A DNA stretch of 64,000 nucleotides from Streptosporangiaceae bacterium (GTDB lineage: Bacteria > Actinomycetota > Actinomycetes > Streptosporangiales > Streptosporangiaceae). Below are positions 27,896 to 38,246 of the stretch, in pieces. The stretch spans positions 2,539 to 66,538 of the forward strand of contig DATNEK010000062.1 in the NCBI GenBank assembly GCA_035553055.1, given 5' to 3'. Under the pieces are notes generated by a model. The model made no database searches. It saw nothing but the letters and a program-made list of their open reading frames with translations, and was not told the DNA's origin. Position numbers and translations under genes: made by a program. How positions within the stretch are numbered: the first letter of the stretch is position 1; every line of letters begins with the position of its first letter.

Positions 27896-28840
27896 TTGGG
27901 ACGGATGACGTTCGTCTTCCAGCGTCTGCTGATGCTGATACCAGTGGCGATCGGCGTCACGATCGTCGTTTTCTTCATGATCCACTTGATCCCCGGCGAC
28001 CCGGCGAGCACGATACTCGGGATCCATGCCACCCCGAAAGCCGTGGCCTTTCTGCACCACGAATGGGGTCTTGACCGGCCGCTGGTAAGCCAGTACTGGC
28101 TGTTCATGGACCGGCTGGTGCACGGCAATCTCGGCCAGAGCCTGTACTACAGCGCGCCGGCGGCCAGCATCATCGCGACGCGGATACCCGCCACGCTGTG
28201 GCTCCTGGTCTACGCGGTCATTCTCGCCATCGCGATCAGCGTCCCGCTCGCCATGATCGCGGCAAGCCGCAAGGATGGTGTACGCGACCACGTGGTCAGG
28301 GCCGTCCCGCTGGTCGGTCTCGGGATGCCGCCGTTCTGGCTCGCGATCCTGTTGATCTACGCCTTTGCCATCACCGTGCACTGGTTCCCTACCAGCGGCT
28401 ACGGCGCCGGGTTCTTCGGTCACCTGCACTCGATGTTCCTGCCTGCGCTCGTGGTGGCGATCGCGCTCGCGCCTGTGGTCATCCGCGCGCTGCGGGCCAG
28501 CATGCTCAACGTGCTCGGCGCCGAGTACATCACCACGGCGAAGTCCAAGGGAGTGCCAGCGCCGCGACTGTTTCTGCGGCACGTGCTGCGCAACGCGGTG
28601 ATCCCGGCGGTGACCGTGCTCGGCATCAACATCGGCTTCCTGATTGGCGGGACCGTCATCATCGAGAACGTCTTCGCGATTCCCGGCATCGGACAGCTGA
28701 TGATCAGCTCGATCTTCCAGCGCGACTTCCCGGTCGTGCAGGGCGTGACCCTGGTATTCGGAGTCCTCGTCGTCATGGTCAACCTGCTGGCCGACCTGTC
28801 CTATGCCGCGCTTGACCCGAGAGTCAGGTTCGACCGATGA
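27896..28840 (+). CDS. ABC transporter permease (DppB/OppB-like)
   Basis: 6 TM spans and a typical N-terminus FQRLLMLIPVAIGVTIVVFF. Alternative ATG start at 27905. Confidence 0.9.
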   Translation: MGRMTFVFQRLLMLIPVAIGVTIVVFFMIHLIPGDPASTILGIHATPKAVAFLHHEWGLDRPLVSQYWLFMDRLVHGNLGQSLYYSAPAASIIATRIPATLWLLVYAVILAIAISVPLAMIAASRKDGVRDHVVRAVPLVGLGMPPFWLAILLIYAFAITVHWFPTSGYGAGFFGHLHSMFLPALVVAIALAPVVIRALRASMLNVLGAEYITTAKSKGVPAPRLFLRHVLRNAVIPAVTVLGINIGFLIGGTVIIENVFAIPGIGQLMISSIFQRDFPVVQGVTLVFGVLVVMVNLLADLSYAALDPRVRFDR

Positions 28841-29712
28841 GTGCCATCTCGGCGGACGGTCTAATGGCCGTCGAGCGGCAAGTCGCGCCGCGCTCGGTGC
28901 GCCGTTGGTACCGGCAGCCGGCGCTGGCGTTCGGTGTCGTCCTGCTCGGGCTGATCGTGATCGCCGCAGTGCTCGGTCCGCTGCTGAGCCCCTACAACCC
29001 GATCACGCAGAATCTCGGCCAGACGCTGCTCGGACCGAGCGCGCACCACCTGGTCGGCACCGACCAGCTTGGCCGCGACACCTTTACCAGGCTGCTTTAT
29101 GGTCTGCGCAACGACCTGCGCATCGCGTTCCTCGCGGTGGTTTCGCCGTTCTGCATAGGCGTGGTGCTCGGCAGTATCTCCGGCTACTTCGGCGGCTGGG
29201 TCGACGCCGTGATCATGCGGCTGGTCGACATCGTCGTCGCCTTCCCTTTCTACGTGCTGGTCATCGCTCTGGTCTTCGTGCTCGGCCCCGGTCAGCGCAG
29301 CATCTACATCGCGATCACGCTGGTCGGCTGGGTGTCCTACGCGCGGATCATCCGCAGCGAGATCCTGGTCGCCAAGAGGCAGGATTACGTGCTCGCCGCG
29401 CAGTCGGGCGGCCTGTCGGCCGTGCGCATCATGGCCAGGCACCTGCTGCCTAACGTCGTCAGCCAGGCAATCATTTACGGCATGTCCGACATCGTGCAGG
29501 ACATCTTGGCGATCGTCGCGCTCGGCTACTTCGGGCTAGGCATTCCGCCGCCGACGCCTGATCTCGGCTCAATGATCAACGACGGGCAGAACTTCATGAC
29601 CACGCACTGGCAGCTCACTACGTTCCCCGGCCTCGTCGTCGTTCTTGTCGGGCTGTCGCTTTCTCTGATCGGCGACGGGCTCGCCGACATCATCAGGCCA
29701 GGTCAGGCATGA
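28837..29712 (+). CDS. ABC transporter permease (DppC/OppC-like)
   Basis: 6 TM spans. Overlaps the previous gene by 4 nt (ATGA). Confidence 0.9.
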   Translation: MSAISADGLMAVERQVAPRSVRRWYRQPALAFGVVLLGLIVIAAVLGPLLSPYNPITQNLGQTLLGPSAHHLVGTDQLGRDTFTRLLYGLRNDLRIAFLAVVSPFCIGVVLGSISGYFGGWVDAVIMRLVDIVVAFPFYVLVIALVFVLGPGQRSIYIAITLVGWVSYARIIRSEILVAKRQDYVLAAQSGGLSAVRIMARHLLPNVVSQAIIYGMSDIVQDILAIVALGYFGLGIPPPTPDLGSMINDGQNFMTTHWQLTTFPGLVVVLVGLSLSLIGDGLADIIRPGQA

Positions 29713-30749
29713 CCATCGGAGATGCGGGAGCGTTGTCGGGGGCAGGCACGGGCGGTACCGTGCTCGAGGTTCGCGATCTGCGCGTGCGGATAGCGGCCCG
29801 GCACGGAACCGTCCGCGCGGTCGACGGCGTCTCGCTCGAGGTGGCCAGGGGCGAGGCGGTCGGCCTGGTCGGTGAGTCAGGATCAGGCAAGAGCATGACG
29901 CTTCGCGCGATTCTCGGCGTGCTGCCGCCCGAAGCGAAAGTCACCTCGGGCCAGATCCTGCTCGATGGGGTCGATCTGGTACCGCTGTCGAATTCAGACC
30001 TCAACCGGATACGCGGCCCGAAGATATCGATGATCTTCCAGGAGCCGATGAGCGCGCTCAACCCGGTCATGCGGGTCGGTTACCAGATAGCGGAAGGTCC
30101 GCGGGTACATCTCGGCTACAGCAAGGCCCAGGCCGCGGAACGTGCGCTCGAGCTAATGCGCCGGGTCGGCATTCCCGATCCCGAGCGGCGGTTCCGTGCC
30201 TATCCGCACGAGTTCTCCGGCGGAATGCGGCAGCGCGTAATGATCGCGATCGCGCTGTCCTGCGAACCCGAGATCATCTTGTGCGACGAGCCGACCACCG
30301 CGCTCGACGTGACCATCCAAGATCAGATCCTGCGGTTGCTCGCCAGCCTGTGCCGCGAGTCAGGGGTGAGCCTCATCTTCGTCACCCATGACCTCCCTGT
30401 CGTCGCCCAGCTATGCCAGCGGGTCGCGGTCATGTACGGAGGAGAACTGGTCGAGCGTGGTCATGTGCACGATGTGCTGCTCGACCCGCGCCATCCATAC
30501 ACACTGGGGCTGGTCAGGTCCGCGCCTGACGTGGAGTACGTGCGCGAGTCGCTGGTGCCGATCCCCGGGTCGCCGCCTAGCCTGGTCAGCCCGCCATCGG
30601 GATGCCGGTTCCATCCCCGATGCGCATTCGTCGAACAGGACTGCCGGGTGCAACCAACTCCGCTGCGCGAGCTGCCTGGCGGCCGGTACACCGCCTGCCT
30701 GCACTATGAGCGCTGCGAGGAAGCCCTAGCCGATCGGATCAGGCCATGA
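29709..30749 (+). CDS. ABC transporter ATP-binding protein (DppD-like)
   Basis: Walker A GESGSGKS, signature FSGGMRQR, Walker [12 protein letters not shown], and a C-terminal oligopeptide-type CRFHPRC. Confidence 0.93.
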   Translation: MTIGDAGALSGAGTGGTVLEVRDLRVRIAARHGTVRAVDGVSLEVARGEAVGLVGESGSGKSMTLRAILGVLPPEAKVTSGQILLDGVDLVPLSNSDLNRIRGPKISMIFQEPMSALNPVMRVGYQIAEGPRVHLGYSKAQAAERALELMRRVGIPDPERRFRAYPHEFSGGMRQRVMIAIALSCEPEIILCDEPTTALDVTIQDQILRLLASLCRESGVSLIFVTHDLPVVAQLCQRVAVMYGGELVERGHVHDVLLDPRHPYTLGLVRSAPDVEYVRESLVPIPGSPPSLVSPPSGCRFHPRCAFVEQDCRVQPTPLRELPGGRYTACLHYERCEEALADRIRP

Positions 30750-31789
30750 CTGAACCGCTCCTTTCGGTCAGCGACATGGCCGTGTCGTTCACCGTGGGCT
30801 CGCGGCTCGCCGCCAGCATCAAGCACGAGCAGCGGCTGCTGCGCGCTGTCGACGGCGTCGATCTCGACCTCGCCAAGGGCGAGGCGCTGGCGCTGGTCGG
30901 CGAGTCTGGTTCTGGCAAGTCCACCTTCGCGCTCGCACTCGCCGGCCTTCGGCCCGCCGACCGCGGGCAGATCAAGTTCGACGGAAGGGTCCTGCCATCC
31001 CGCAGGTCGAGCGCCGATCAGCAGCGCATCCAGATGGTCTTCCAGGATCCCTACTCCTCGCTCAACCCGAGGCTGACCGTGGGCGGCATGCTCCGCGAGC
31101 TGATTCGGGTGCATCACATCGTGCCCCAAGGCCAGGCCGACTCTTACTGCAAGGAGCTGCTCAGGCTGGTCGGGCTCGACGGGGAGGCGATGCGCGCGTA
31201 CCCGCGGCAGTTCTCTGGCGGCCAGCGCCAGCGGGTCGCGATCGCAAGGGCCCTCGTGCTCAAGCCGGACGTGCTGGTCGCCGACGAGCCTGTGTCGGCG
31301 CTCGACGTCAGCGTCCAGGCGACGATACTGAACCTGCTGGCCGACCTGCGGGCCGAACTCGGACTGACACTGCTACTGATCTCGCACAACCTGGCGGTGG
31401 TCAGGCACCTATGCGACCGGGTCGCCGTTATGTACCTGGGCCGGATCGTCGAGGTCGCGCCGACCGAGCAGCTTTTCGCCGACCCGAGGCACCCCTACAC
31501 CAAGGGCCTGCTCGCCGCCATCCCGCGGCTGACCGCCGACCCAGTCAGGGAAGCCGATGAGGGACCCGCGGTGGTCGGCGACCCGCCGAGCGCGCTGCGC
31601 ATCCCGGTCGGCTGCAGGTTCCGCACCCGGTGTCCCATCGCGCAGCAGCGCTGCGAGTTCGACGACCCGCTGCTGACGGCGGCACCAGGCAGCCCCGCCC
31701 ATCGGGCCGCGTGCCATTTCGCGTTCGAAGGGGCGATCGACGCACCGCCGGCCGGGCAGCGGGCGGCCGTGCCGGGGAAAGGGGACTAG
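30746..31789 (+). CDS. ABC transporter ATP-binding protein (DppF-like)
   Basis: [28 protein letters not shown] and CRFRTRC. Confidence 0.93.
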   Translation: MTEPLLSVSDMAVSFTVGSRLAASIKHEQRLLRAVDGVDLDLAKGEALALVGESGSGKSTFALALAGLRPADRGQIKFDGRVLPSRRSSADQQRIQMVFQDPYSSLNPRLTVGGMLRELIRVHHIVPQGQADSYCKELLRLVGLDGEAMRAYPRQFSGGQRQRVAIARALVLKPDVLVADEPVSALDVSVQATILNLLADLRAELGLTLLLISHNLAVVRHLCDRVAVMYLGRIVEVAPTEQLFADPRHPYTKGLLAAIPRLTADPVREADEGPAVVGDPPSALRIPVGCRFRTRCPIAQQRCEFDDPLLTAAPGSPAHRAACHFAFEGAIDAPPAGQRAAVPGKGD

Positions 31790-31803
31790 CCATCACTCCG
31801 ATC

Positions 31804-32730
31804 ATGATTGCCAGCGAACGCGGCGAGGTCGGCCTGGCCGCTGGCATGGATTTGCTCAGGGTCGGCAAGAGCGCGATGGATGCGGTCGAGGCCGCCGTCA
31901 GGGTCGTCGAGGCGAACGAGGCCGATCATTACGTCGGCGTCGGCGGCCTGCCGAACTTGCTCGGGGTGGTCGAGCTTGACGCCTCGATCATGGACGGGGC
32001 GACCAGGCGGGCCGGAGCGGTAGCGGCGGTCACCGGCTTCCCTCACCCGATTTCCATCGCTCGCGCCGTCTGCGACCGGCTGCCCCAGCATCTGCTGCTG
32101 GTCGGCGCCGGTGCCGAGCGGTTCGCAGATGAGGCCGGCATCGAGCGCGGCGAGACGCTGACCGACGAAGCCAAGCGCATGTGGCGCGAAGGGCTAGAAC
32201 CCGATGGCCTCGCTCGCGCGCGGGAGAGCTTCGGACCCGGCGAAGCGGAATACCGGCGCTGGGCACTCGACCGGATCGCGGCCATGGTGCCGCCCAGCGG
32301 GCCATGGGGTACGGTCAACGTGCTCGCGCTCGACGCCGCCGGCAACCTGGCGGTCGCGGTCAGCACTAGCGGCTACCCATGGAAGTTCCCCGGCCGGGTC
32401 GGCGACTCGGCGCTGATCGGCGCTGGCAACTACTGCGACAACCGGTTCGGCGCCGCCGCTTGCACCGGTCGAGGCGAGCTCGCCATCCGGGCGAGCACGG
32501 CCAGGTGCGCGGTGCTGGCGCTGGCCAGCGGCTTGGGTCCGGCGCAGGCGTGCGCCAGCGTCCTAGCCGATGCCGCCGAGCTGCCCGACGACTTCAGGTC
32601 GGGACTGCAGGTGCTTTGCCTGACACCGGACGGCAGCCACGCCGGAGCTTCAACCAGGCCAGGGTCGACCTACAGCGTGATGAGCGCCGCCGACGACACC
32701 TACCGCATACAGGAAAGAGCCCAGATATGA
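31804..32730 (+). CDS. Ntn-hydrolase, isoaspartyl peptidase / L-asparaginase (asparaginase_2 family)
   Basis: GTVNVLALDAAGNLAVAVSTSG (autoprocessing Thr) and GRVGDSALIGAGNY. Start refined to ATG 31804 because the track ORF overlaps the preceding ATPase gene. Confidence 0.85.
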   Translation: MIASERGEVGLAAGMDLLRVGKSAMDAVEAAVRVVEANEADHYVGVGGLPNLLGVVELDASIMDGATRRAGAVAAVTGFPHPISIARAVCDRLPQHLLLVGAGAERFADEAGIERGETLTDEAKRMWREGLEPDGLARARESFGPGEAEYRRWALDRIAAMVPPSGPWGTVNVLALDAAGNLAVAVSTSGYPWKFPGRVGDSALIGAGNYCDNRFGAAACTGRGELAIRASTARCAVLALASGLGPAQACASVLADAAELPDDFRSGLQVLCLTPDGSHAGASTRPGSTYSVMSAADDTYRIQERAQI

Positions 32731-32754
32731 GGACACGGCTATGAGAGCGCAGCT

Positions 32755-33579
32755 ATGAAGGTCTTCCTGTCCAGTGATATGGAAGGGACCGCGGGCGTCG
32801 TCGACTGGGAGCAGTGCGTCGGCCAGGGCGCTGAGGCGGCGGCCGGCCGGAAGCTGCTGCTCGCCGAGGTCAACGCGGCGATCGAGGGTGCGCTCGCTGG
32901 CGGCGCCACCGAGATCGTGGTCAACGACTCGCACTCGACCATGCGCAATCTTCCGCCGGGCGAGCTGAAGGGCGGCGCCTCCTATATATCTGGCAGCCAC
33001 AAGCCGCTCTACATGATGCAGGGGCTGGACGACAGTTTCGGCGCCGTGCTGTTCGTCTCTTATCACGGCTCGATCGGAGCCCCGGCCGGACTTTCCCATA
33101 CTTATAACCCCAGGGCCGTCATGGAGGCCAGGCTCGACGGCGTGGTGACCGGCGAGGCCGGAATCAACGCGCTGGTCGCCGCTCACTACGGTGTGCCTGT
33201 CGTGGCTGTGACCGGCGACCGCAGCGCCTGCGACGAGACCACGGCGCTGATCCCGGGCGTGCACGCAGCCGTGGTGAAGGAGACCGTGAGCCGGGTTGCC
33301 GCGCACAGCCTGCACCCCGATCGGGCCTGCGGGCTGATACGCGAAACCGCCCGGCAGGCCGTCGCCGGCGCGTCGGCGATCAAGCCGCCACCGCTCGCCA
33401 GCGCCACGCTCGAAGTCGATGTCAGGACCACCGACATCGCCGAGGCGGCTAGCTGGGTGCGCGGGGTTGAGCGGATCGGCGACCGCGGGCTGCGCTTCGC
33501 CGGTGATACCCCGCTCGCCGTCTACCGTTCGTTCTGTGCCGCGATCCTGCTGACCAGGACAATTGCGGAAGTGGTATGA
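32755..33579 (+). CDS. M55 family D-aminopeptidase (DppA-like)
   Basis: MKVFLSSDMEGTAGV N-terminus, VNDSH and GYH-type metal ligands. Confidence 0.85.
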   Translation: MKVFLSSDMEGTAGVVDWEQCVGQGAEAAAGRKLLLAEVNAAIEGALAGGATEIVVNDSHSTMRNLPPGELKGGASYISGSHKPLYMMQGLDDSFGAVLFVSYHGSIGAPAGLSHTYNPRAVMEARLDGVVTGEAGINALVAAHYGVPVVAVTGDRSACDETTALIPGVHAAVVKETVSRVAAHSLHPDRACGLIRETARQAVAGASAIKPPPLASATLEVDVRTTDIAEAASWVRGVERIGDRGLRFAGDTPLAVYRSFCAAILLTRTIAEVV

Positions 33580-34628
33580 CCGCGGGGGGTCGGGCATCGG
33601 TCCCTGGTGCTCCGGGGCCAACGGAGCGGAGGGTGTCCCGGCTGGTCGACATCGCCGAGGCGGTGGGCGTCCATACGTCGACGGTCTCGCGCGTGCTCAA
33701 CGGCGACCCGGCGCAATCGGTAAGGCCCGAGATCTACCAGCAGATACTCAGCGTCGCCCGGCAGCAGGGTTACCGGCCGAACGCGCTGGCCAGAGCGCTG
33801 AAGCAGCGGCGGGTCGGCGCGTTCGCCTTCGTCATACCGCTGCTGCGCAACCCGATCTGGGTGCGGCTGCAGCGCGGTGCGCTGCAGCGGGCGGCCGAGC
33901 GCGGATTCGTCGTGATGATCATGGAAGATCCCGACGACGACCCCAAGCCGCCCGACAGCTACCGGTACCTGGTGGACGAGAGCCGCGCCGACGGGCTGCT
34001 GATCGCCACTTCGCTCCGGATCAGCGAGCACGCCGATGGCGTCTCGATCGCACCGCACGTCTACGTCAACCGCCGTGGCCCGCGTCGCGGCAACAACGTG
34101 GTCATGGATGAGCCTGGCGCCGTCCGGATCTTCCTTGACCATGTCGCCGAGCTCGGCCATCGCAGCGTCGCGCTCATCGACGGCCCGGCCGACGTCGATA
34201 CGGTGCATCGCCGGGTGACCGCGGCCAGGCGGATCTGCACCGCCCGCGGGCTGACACTCGCCGTGCTGCACACGGCCGCTACCGAGGAGGGCGGCTGGGA
34301 AGCGGCGAACCGAATGCTGAATAACCGGTCCAGGCCGACCGCCTGCGCGGTGGGCAGCCTCAACCAGCTATTCGGCGTGCTCGCGGCGCTTCGCCAGGCC
34401 GGGGTCGCTGTGCCAGAGTCGATGTCGGTCGTGAGCTTTGACGAAGATGAGTGCCTGGCCTTTCTCGAGGTCCCGGTCACCAGCGTCGCGATGCCGCTCG
34501 CTGAACTAGGCAGCGCCGCCGTCGACGCGCTCATCACCAGAGTAGAAGGCGGCGAGGAACGCGACGTGCTGGTCAGGGCGCCAATGACGCTCCTGCGAAG
34601 GAACTCGGTCGGCTCATCGCCGCGTTGA
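33576..34628 (+). CDS. LacI family transcriptional regulator
   Basis: HTH segment LVDIAEAVGVHTSTVSRVLNG and a sugar-binding-fold C-domain. The ATGA start/stop overlap links it to the preceding gene. Confidence 0.9.
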   Translation: MTAGGRASVPGAPGPTERRVSRLVDIAEAVGVHTSTVSRVLNGDPAQSVRPEIYQQILSVARQQGYRPNALARALKQRRVGAFAFVIPLLRNPIWVRLQRGALQRAAERGFVVMIMEDPDDDPKPPDSYRYLVDESRADGLLIATSLRISEHADGVSIAPHVYVNRRGPRRGNNVVMDEPGAVRIFLDHVAELGHRSVALIDGPADVDTVHRRVTAARRICTARGLTLAVLHTAATEEGGWEAANRMLNNRSRPTACAVGSLNQLFGVLAALRQAGVAVPESMSVVSFDEDECLAFLEVPVTSVAMPLAELGSAAVDALITRVEGGEERDVLVRAPMTLLRRNSVGSSPR

Positions 34629-34758
34629 TCGACGGAGATTGTCGAAATTGGCCCGATTAGAGGGCACTTGGGCGGGGAACCTACCTGGCTGGCTATCCGT
34701 TGTGCTGTCAACCGATGCGTGGCCAGTAACGTCATAAGTACTAGCCTGTCACTTGAGG

Positions 34759-34818
34759 ATCAGCATGGTGTCAATCAGCATGGTGTTAATCAGCACGATG
34801 CTGATCAGAGCGGGCTGA
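34759..34818. repeat. 15-bp tandem repeat, 4 decaying copies, directly upstream of an LCP gene
   Basis: ATCAGCATGGTGTCA, ATCAGCATGGTGTTA, ATCAGCACGATGCTG, ATCAGAGCGGGCTGA. Confidence 0.9.
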
Positions 34819-34845
34819 CCAACGCGCGGAGCTTCCGGAGGACTC

Positions 34846-36372
34846 ATGAAGCGCATGCGGTCGAGGCGGGCGAAAATTGTCCGCTGGACCTCGATCGCGA
34901 TAGCGGCCGTGCTTGTGGCCGGCACGTTCAGCGCCTACATCGTCATAAAGCTAAAACTCGACGGCATCACGCACATCGCGAAGATCGACGCCACCCACCG
35001 GCCGCCGCGCTACAACGATGCGACCAATATCCTGCTGCTCGGCTCGGACGACAGGCACGGTCACAACGGCTCGATCGGCGGCCGTAATGGATGCAACTGC
35101 TCAGACACGATCATGGTCGCGCACATCTCGCCAGGCCGCGGCAAGGTAACGGTCGTCAGCATCCCGCGCGACACGATGGTGCCGCTCTACGCGTGCTCGC
35201 CCTGGAACGGCCTGCCTGGCCAGCAGGCCGACCCCTACGCCGTCGAACGGATCAACGCCACGCTCGCCGCAGGCGGACCCGAGTGCGTCAGGGAGACCGT
35301 CGAGCAGCAGAGCGGCGTCTACATCGACAACGTGATCGAGATCGACTTCACCGCGTTCGAGCAGGTTATCAACGACGTGGGAGGCGTCAACGTCTGCCTG
35401 CCGTTCTCGATACACAACGTGATCACGCTGGCCGGAGGCACCGGGCTCGATCTGACCGCCGGCTACCACCACATCTGGGGCCGGGTCGCGCTGCAGTTCT
35501 GGCGGACGAGGGAAGACATCGCCGACGGGTCAGACATCGCCAGGATCGCCCGCGATCAGTACCTGCTCGCCCAGCTTGTCAAGGGCGTGTTGCGCAGCGG
35601 CTTGCTGCACAGCCCGTCGAAGCTGTACAAGGTGCTCGGCGACGTGGCCACCAATATGGTGACCGACGCTAGCGATGTCGGCCTGCTGCACCTGGCCACT
35701 AGCCTGGCCGGCGTCTCGACGAGCAACGTGCAGTTCATCACCGCGCCCTGGGTGTCCTATCCGGGTGACCCCAACGAGGTCGAGTTCGCCCAGCCGCAGG
35801 CGAACGCGGTTTTCTGGGCGATCGCCCACGACACGAAGCTGCCGAAGATCACTAAAAAGAAGGGGAAGCGGAACGCCGCCGTGCCAGGCACGAGCCCGAC
35901 GCCAGTTTCGACCCCCACGGTGGGGACCGCGGCTCAGCCGCTGACTGTGAGCCCGTCGCTGGTCAAGGTCTTGATCTTGAACGGATCGTCCGGGGCCAAT
36001 CTGACCAGCCAGGCTTCTGCCGACCTGACGAGCCGCGGGTTCACCGTCGTAGGCACGGGCTATGCGGCCACGACCAGCTACACCACATCGGTGATCCAGT
36101 ACGCGTCGGCGACCGACCTGCCGGCCGCCAGGACACTCAAGCAGCAGTTCAGTTCGGTCACGCTCCAGCTCGATCCCAGCCTGACAGCGGGCACGGTCCA
36201 GGTCATACTCGGGTCGGACTTCACCAAGCTCGCCCCGCCCACGCAGACCGCGCAGGCGGTCAGCGGGCTGTCGACCAACTACGGCGGCATCACCGCGAAC
36301 GTGTCCTGCCGCAACAGCGCGTTCTACGGCTACTACGACCAGTCGCCCGTCCCCAACACCTGCGCCTGCTAA
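34846..36372 (+). CDS. LCP (LytR-CpsA-Psr) family glycopolymer ligase with a LytR_C domain
   Basis: N-terminal TM anchor. LCP core NILLLGSDDR...SDTIMVAHI...VVSIPRD. C-terminal LytR_C segment VLILNGSSGANL...VILGSDF. GGAGGA precedes the ATG. Confidence 0.9.
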   Translation: MKRMRSRRAKIVRWTSIAIAAVLVAGTFSAYIVIKLKLDGITHIAKIDATHRPPRYNDATNILLLGSDDRHGHNGSIGGRNGCNCSDTIMVAHISPGRGKVTVVSIPRDTMVPLYACSPWNGLPGQQADPYAVERINATLAAGGPECVRETVEQQSGVYIDNVIEIDFTAFEQVINDVGGVNVCLPFSIHNVITLAGGTGLDLTAGYHHIWGRVALQFWRTREDIADGSDIARIARDQYLLAQLVKGVLRSGLLHSPSKLYKVLGDVATNMVTDASDVGLLHLATSLAGVSTSNVQFITAPWVSYPGDPNEVEFAQPQANAVFWAIAHDTKLPKITKKKGKRNAAVPGTSPTPVSTPTVGTAAQPLTVSPSLVKVLILNGSSGANLTSQASADLTSRGFTVVGTGYAATTSYTTSVIQYASATDLPAARTLKQQFSSVTLQLDPSLTAGTVQVILGSDFTKLAPPTQTAQAVSGLSTNYGGITANVSCRNSAFYGYYDQSPVPNTCAC

Positions 36373-36464
36373 CGGCGGTGGGTTTGGCTGCGCGGTGCGG
36401 ACCTTGCGTCATCGCGGGCGGCACGTCCGGGCCTGGCGGACAGCTTCCGCGCTCGCGGGGCGGG

Positions 36465-38246
36465 TCACGGATAGCTTTCATGCGATAGCGCGGAAAACTT
36501 ACCCGGATCGGAGACTGGCGCCAGCAAGATGGCTGCCGTATCTGGCGGTAGCAGCACGACATCGCTCGCAAGCCGCACCCGCGGATCTGAGGCGGCGAGA
36601 AGCGCCGAGTTCTGATCGAGGTCGCAGGTCCAGCCGGACTGGCCGACGTTGGCAGCGATCAGCAGCGAACCGCGCCGGACGGTGAGCCAGCCCGCGGCCT
36701 CGTCGCAGGCGGCGGCTGTCCTGTCGATCCTCGGCTCGGTGAGGTCGGGATAGGTGGCGCGCAGCTTGAGCAGCTTCCGGTACCAGGCCAGCAGGTCAGC
36801 GTGGCTGTCCTTGCCTGGCTGCGTCCAGTCGAGCTTGGCCAGCTCGAACGTGGAGACGCTTTGCGGGTCGGGTATGGCGTCAGGTTCCCAGCCGAAGTCC
36901 GCGAACTCGGCGCGCCTGCCCTCCCGCACGGCATCGGCTAGCTCGGGGTCGGCGTGGTCGGTGAAGTACGGGAACGGGCTGGTCGCGCCCCACTCCTCGC
37001 CCTGGAAGATCATCGGCGCGAACGGCGAGGTCAGCAGCAGCGTCGCGGCCACGCGCAGCCGGCCGTCGCTCATCAGCGCCGGAGAACGCTCGCCGGCGGC
37101 GCGATTGCCGACCTGGTCGTGGTTCTGCGTGCAGACGACGAACTGGCTGCCGACCAGCCCCGCTCGCTGGCTGGCGCGGGCCGAGTCGCCGCTGTCGTGC
37201 ACCCAGGCTTGACTGAGTGCGCTGGCCAGCACGGCCAGCGAGCCGTAGTCGCGGTAGTAACCGGTGCGTTCGCCGGTCAGTGCCGCGTGCAGCGCGTGGT
37301 GCCAGTAGTCGGCCCAGCACGCGTCGAGGCCGTAGCCGCCCGCGTCGGGGCTCATCACGAGCTTCGGTTCGATCACCGCGTTTTCCGCGATGACGATCAG
37401 CGTCCTGCGCAGGTGAGCCGCGAGCGCTTGGACCTCGGCGGTCAGCTCGGCGAGTATGTGCGTCGCCGACGCATCTGAGATGGCGTGCACGGCGTCGATC
37501 CGCAGACCATCGAAGTGATAGTCGCGCAGCCACATCAGCGCGTTAGCGATGACGAACCTGCGCACCTCGCCGCTGTCCTGGCCGTCGAAATTGACCGCGT
37601 CGCCCCAGTTCGTCTGGTACTTGGAGGTGAGGTAAGGCCCGAACTCCTGCAGGTAGTTTCCGGCCGGGCCGAAGTGGTTGTACACGACGTCGAGTATCAC
37701 CGCGATGCCGTGGGCGTGAGCGGCATCGACCAGCCGCTTGAGCTCGTCGGGGCCGCCGTAGGCGTGATGAGGTGCGAACAGGTTCACCGGGTCGTAACCC
37801 CAGCCACGGTCGCCTGGGAACTCGGCGACGGGCATGATCTCAAGTACGTCAACGCCGAGGTCGGCTAGGTGCGGCAGGTGCTCGATCGCCCCGGCGAACG
37901 TCCCTGGCGCTGAGAACGTGCCGATGTGGCATTCATAGAGCACCGCACCGGGCAGCGGGACGCCGCGCCAGCCTTGGTCCGACCAGACGAAACTGCCGTG
38001 ATCGACCAGCCTGGACGGCCCGAAGACGCCAGCGGGCTGGAACGCGGATCGGGGATCGGCGCGCGGCGGCCCGCCATCGAGGCTGAAAGCGTAGTCGGTG
38101 CCGGCGTCGGCGGACTCTGCTTCCCTGGTCCACCACCCGCCCGCGGTCCGCTCCATCGGCAGCCGCCGGTCGCCGAGCAGGACGTCGACGCGCTCTGGGC
38201 GCGGCGCCCACACCCTGAACACATGCCCGCGAGCCGAATGGCGCAC
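36465..38246 (-). CDS. treZ: Malto-oligosyltrehalose trehalohydrolase
   Basis: GH13 motifs DVVYNHFGP and GLRIDAVHAI. The N-domain segment FRVWAP lies near the proposed start. Start refined to GTG at 38244-38246, which overlaps the treY stop by 1 nt (TAGTG). Confidence 0.9.
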   Translation of the reverse strand: MRHSARGHVFRVWAPRPERVDVLLGDRRLPMERTAGGWWTREAESADAGTDYAFSLDGGPPRADPRSAFQPAGVFGPSRLVDHGSFVWSDQGWRGVPLPGAVLYECHIGTFSAPGTFAGAIEHLPHLADLGVDVLEIMPVAEFPGDRGWGYDPVNLFAPHHAYGGPDELKRLVDAAHAHGIAVILDVVYNHFGPAGNYLQEFGPYLTSKYQTNWGDAVNFDGQDSGEVRRFVIANALMWLRDYHFDGLRIDAVHAISDASATHILAELTAEVQALAAHLRRTLIVIAENAVIEPKLVMSPDAGGYGLDACWADYWHHALHAALTGERTGYYRDYGSLAVLASALSQAWVHDSGDSARASQRAGLVGSQFVVCTQNHDQVGNRAAGERSPALMSDGRLRVAATLLLTSPFAPMIFQGEEWGATSPFPYFTDHADPELADAVREGRRAEFADFGWEPDAIPDPQSVSTFELAKLDWTQPGKDSHADLLAWYRKLLKLRATYPDLTEPRIDRTAAACDEAAGWLTVRRGSLLIAANVGQSGWTCDLDQNSALLAASDPRVRLASDVVLLPPDTAAILLAPVSDPGKFSALSHESYP

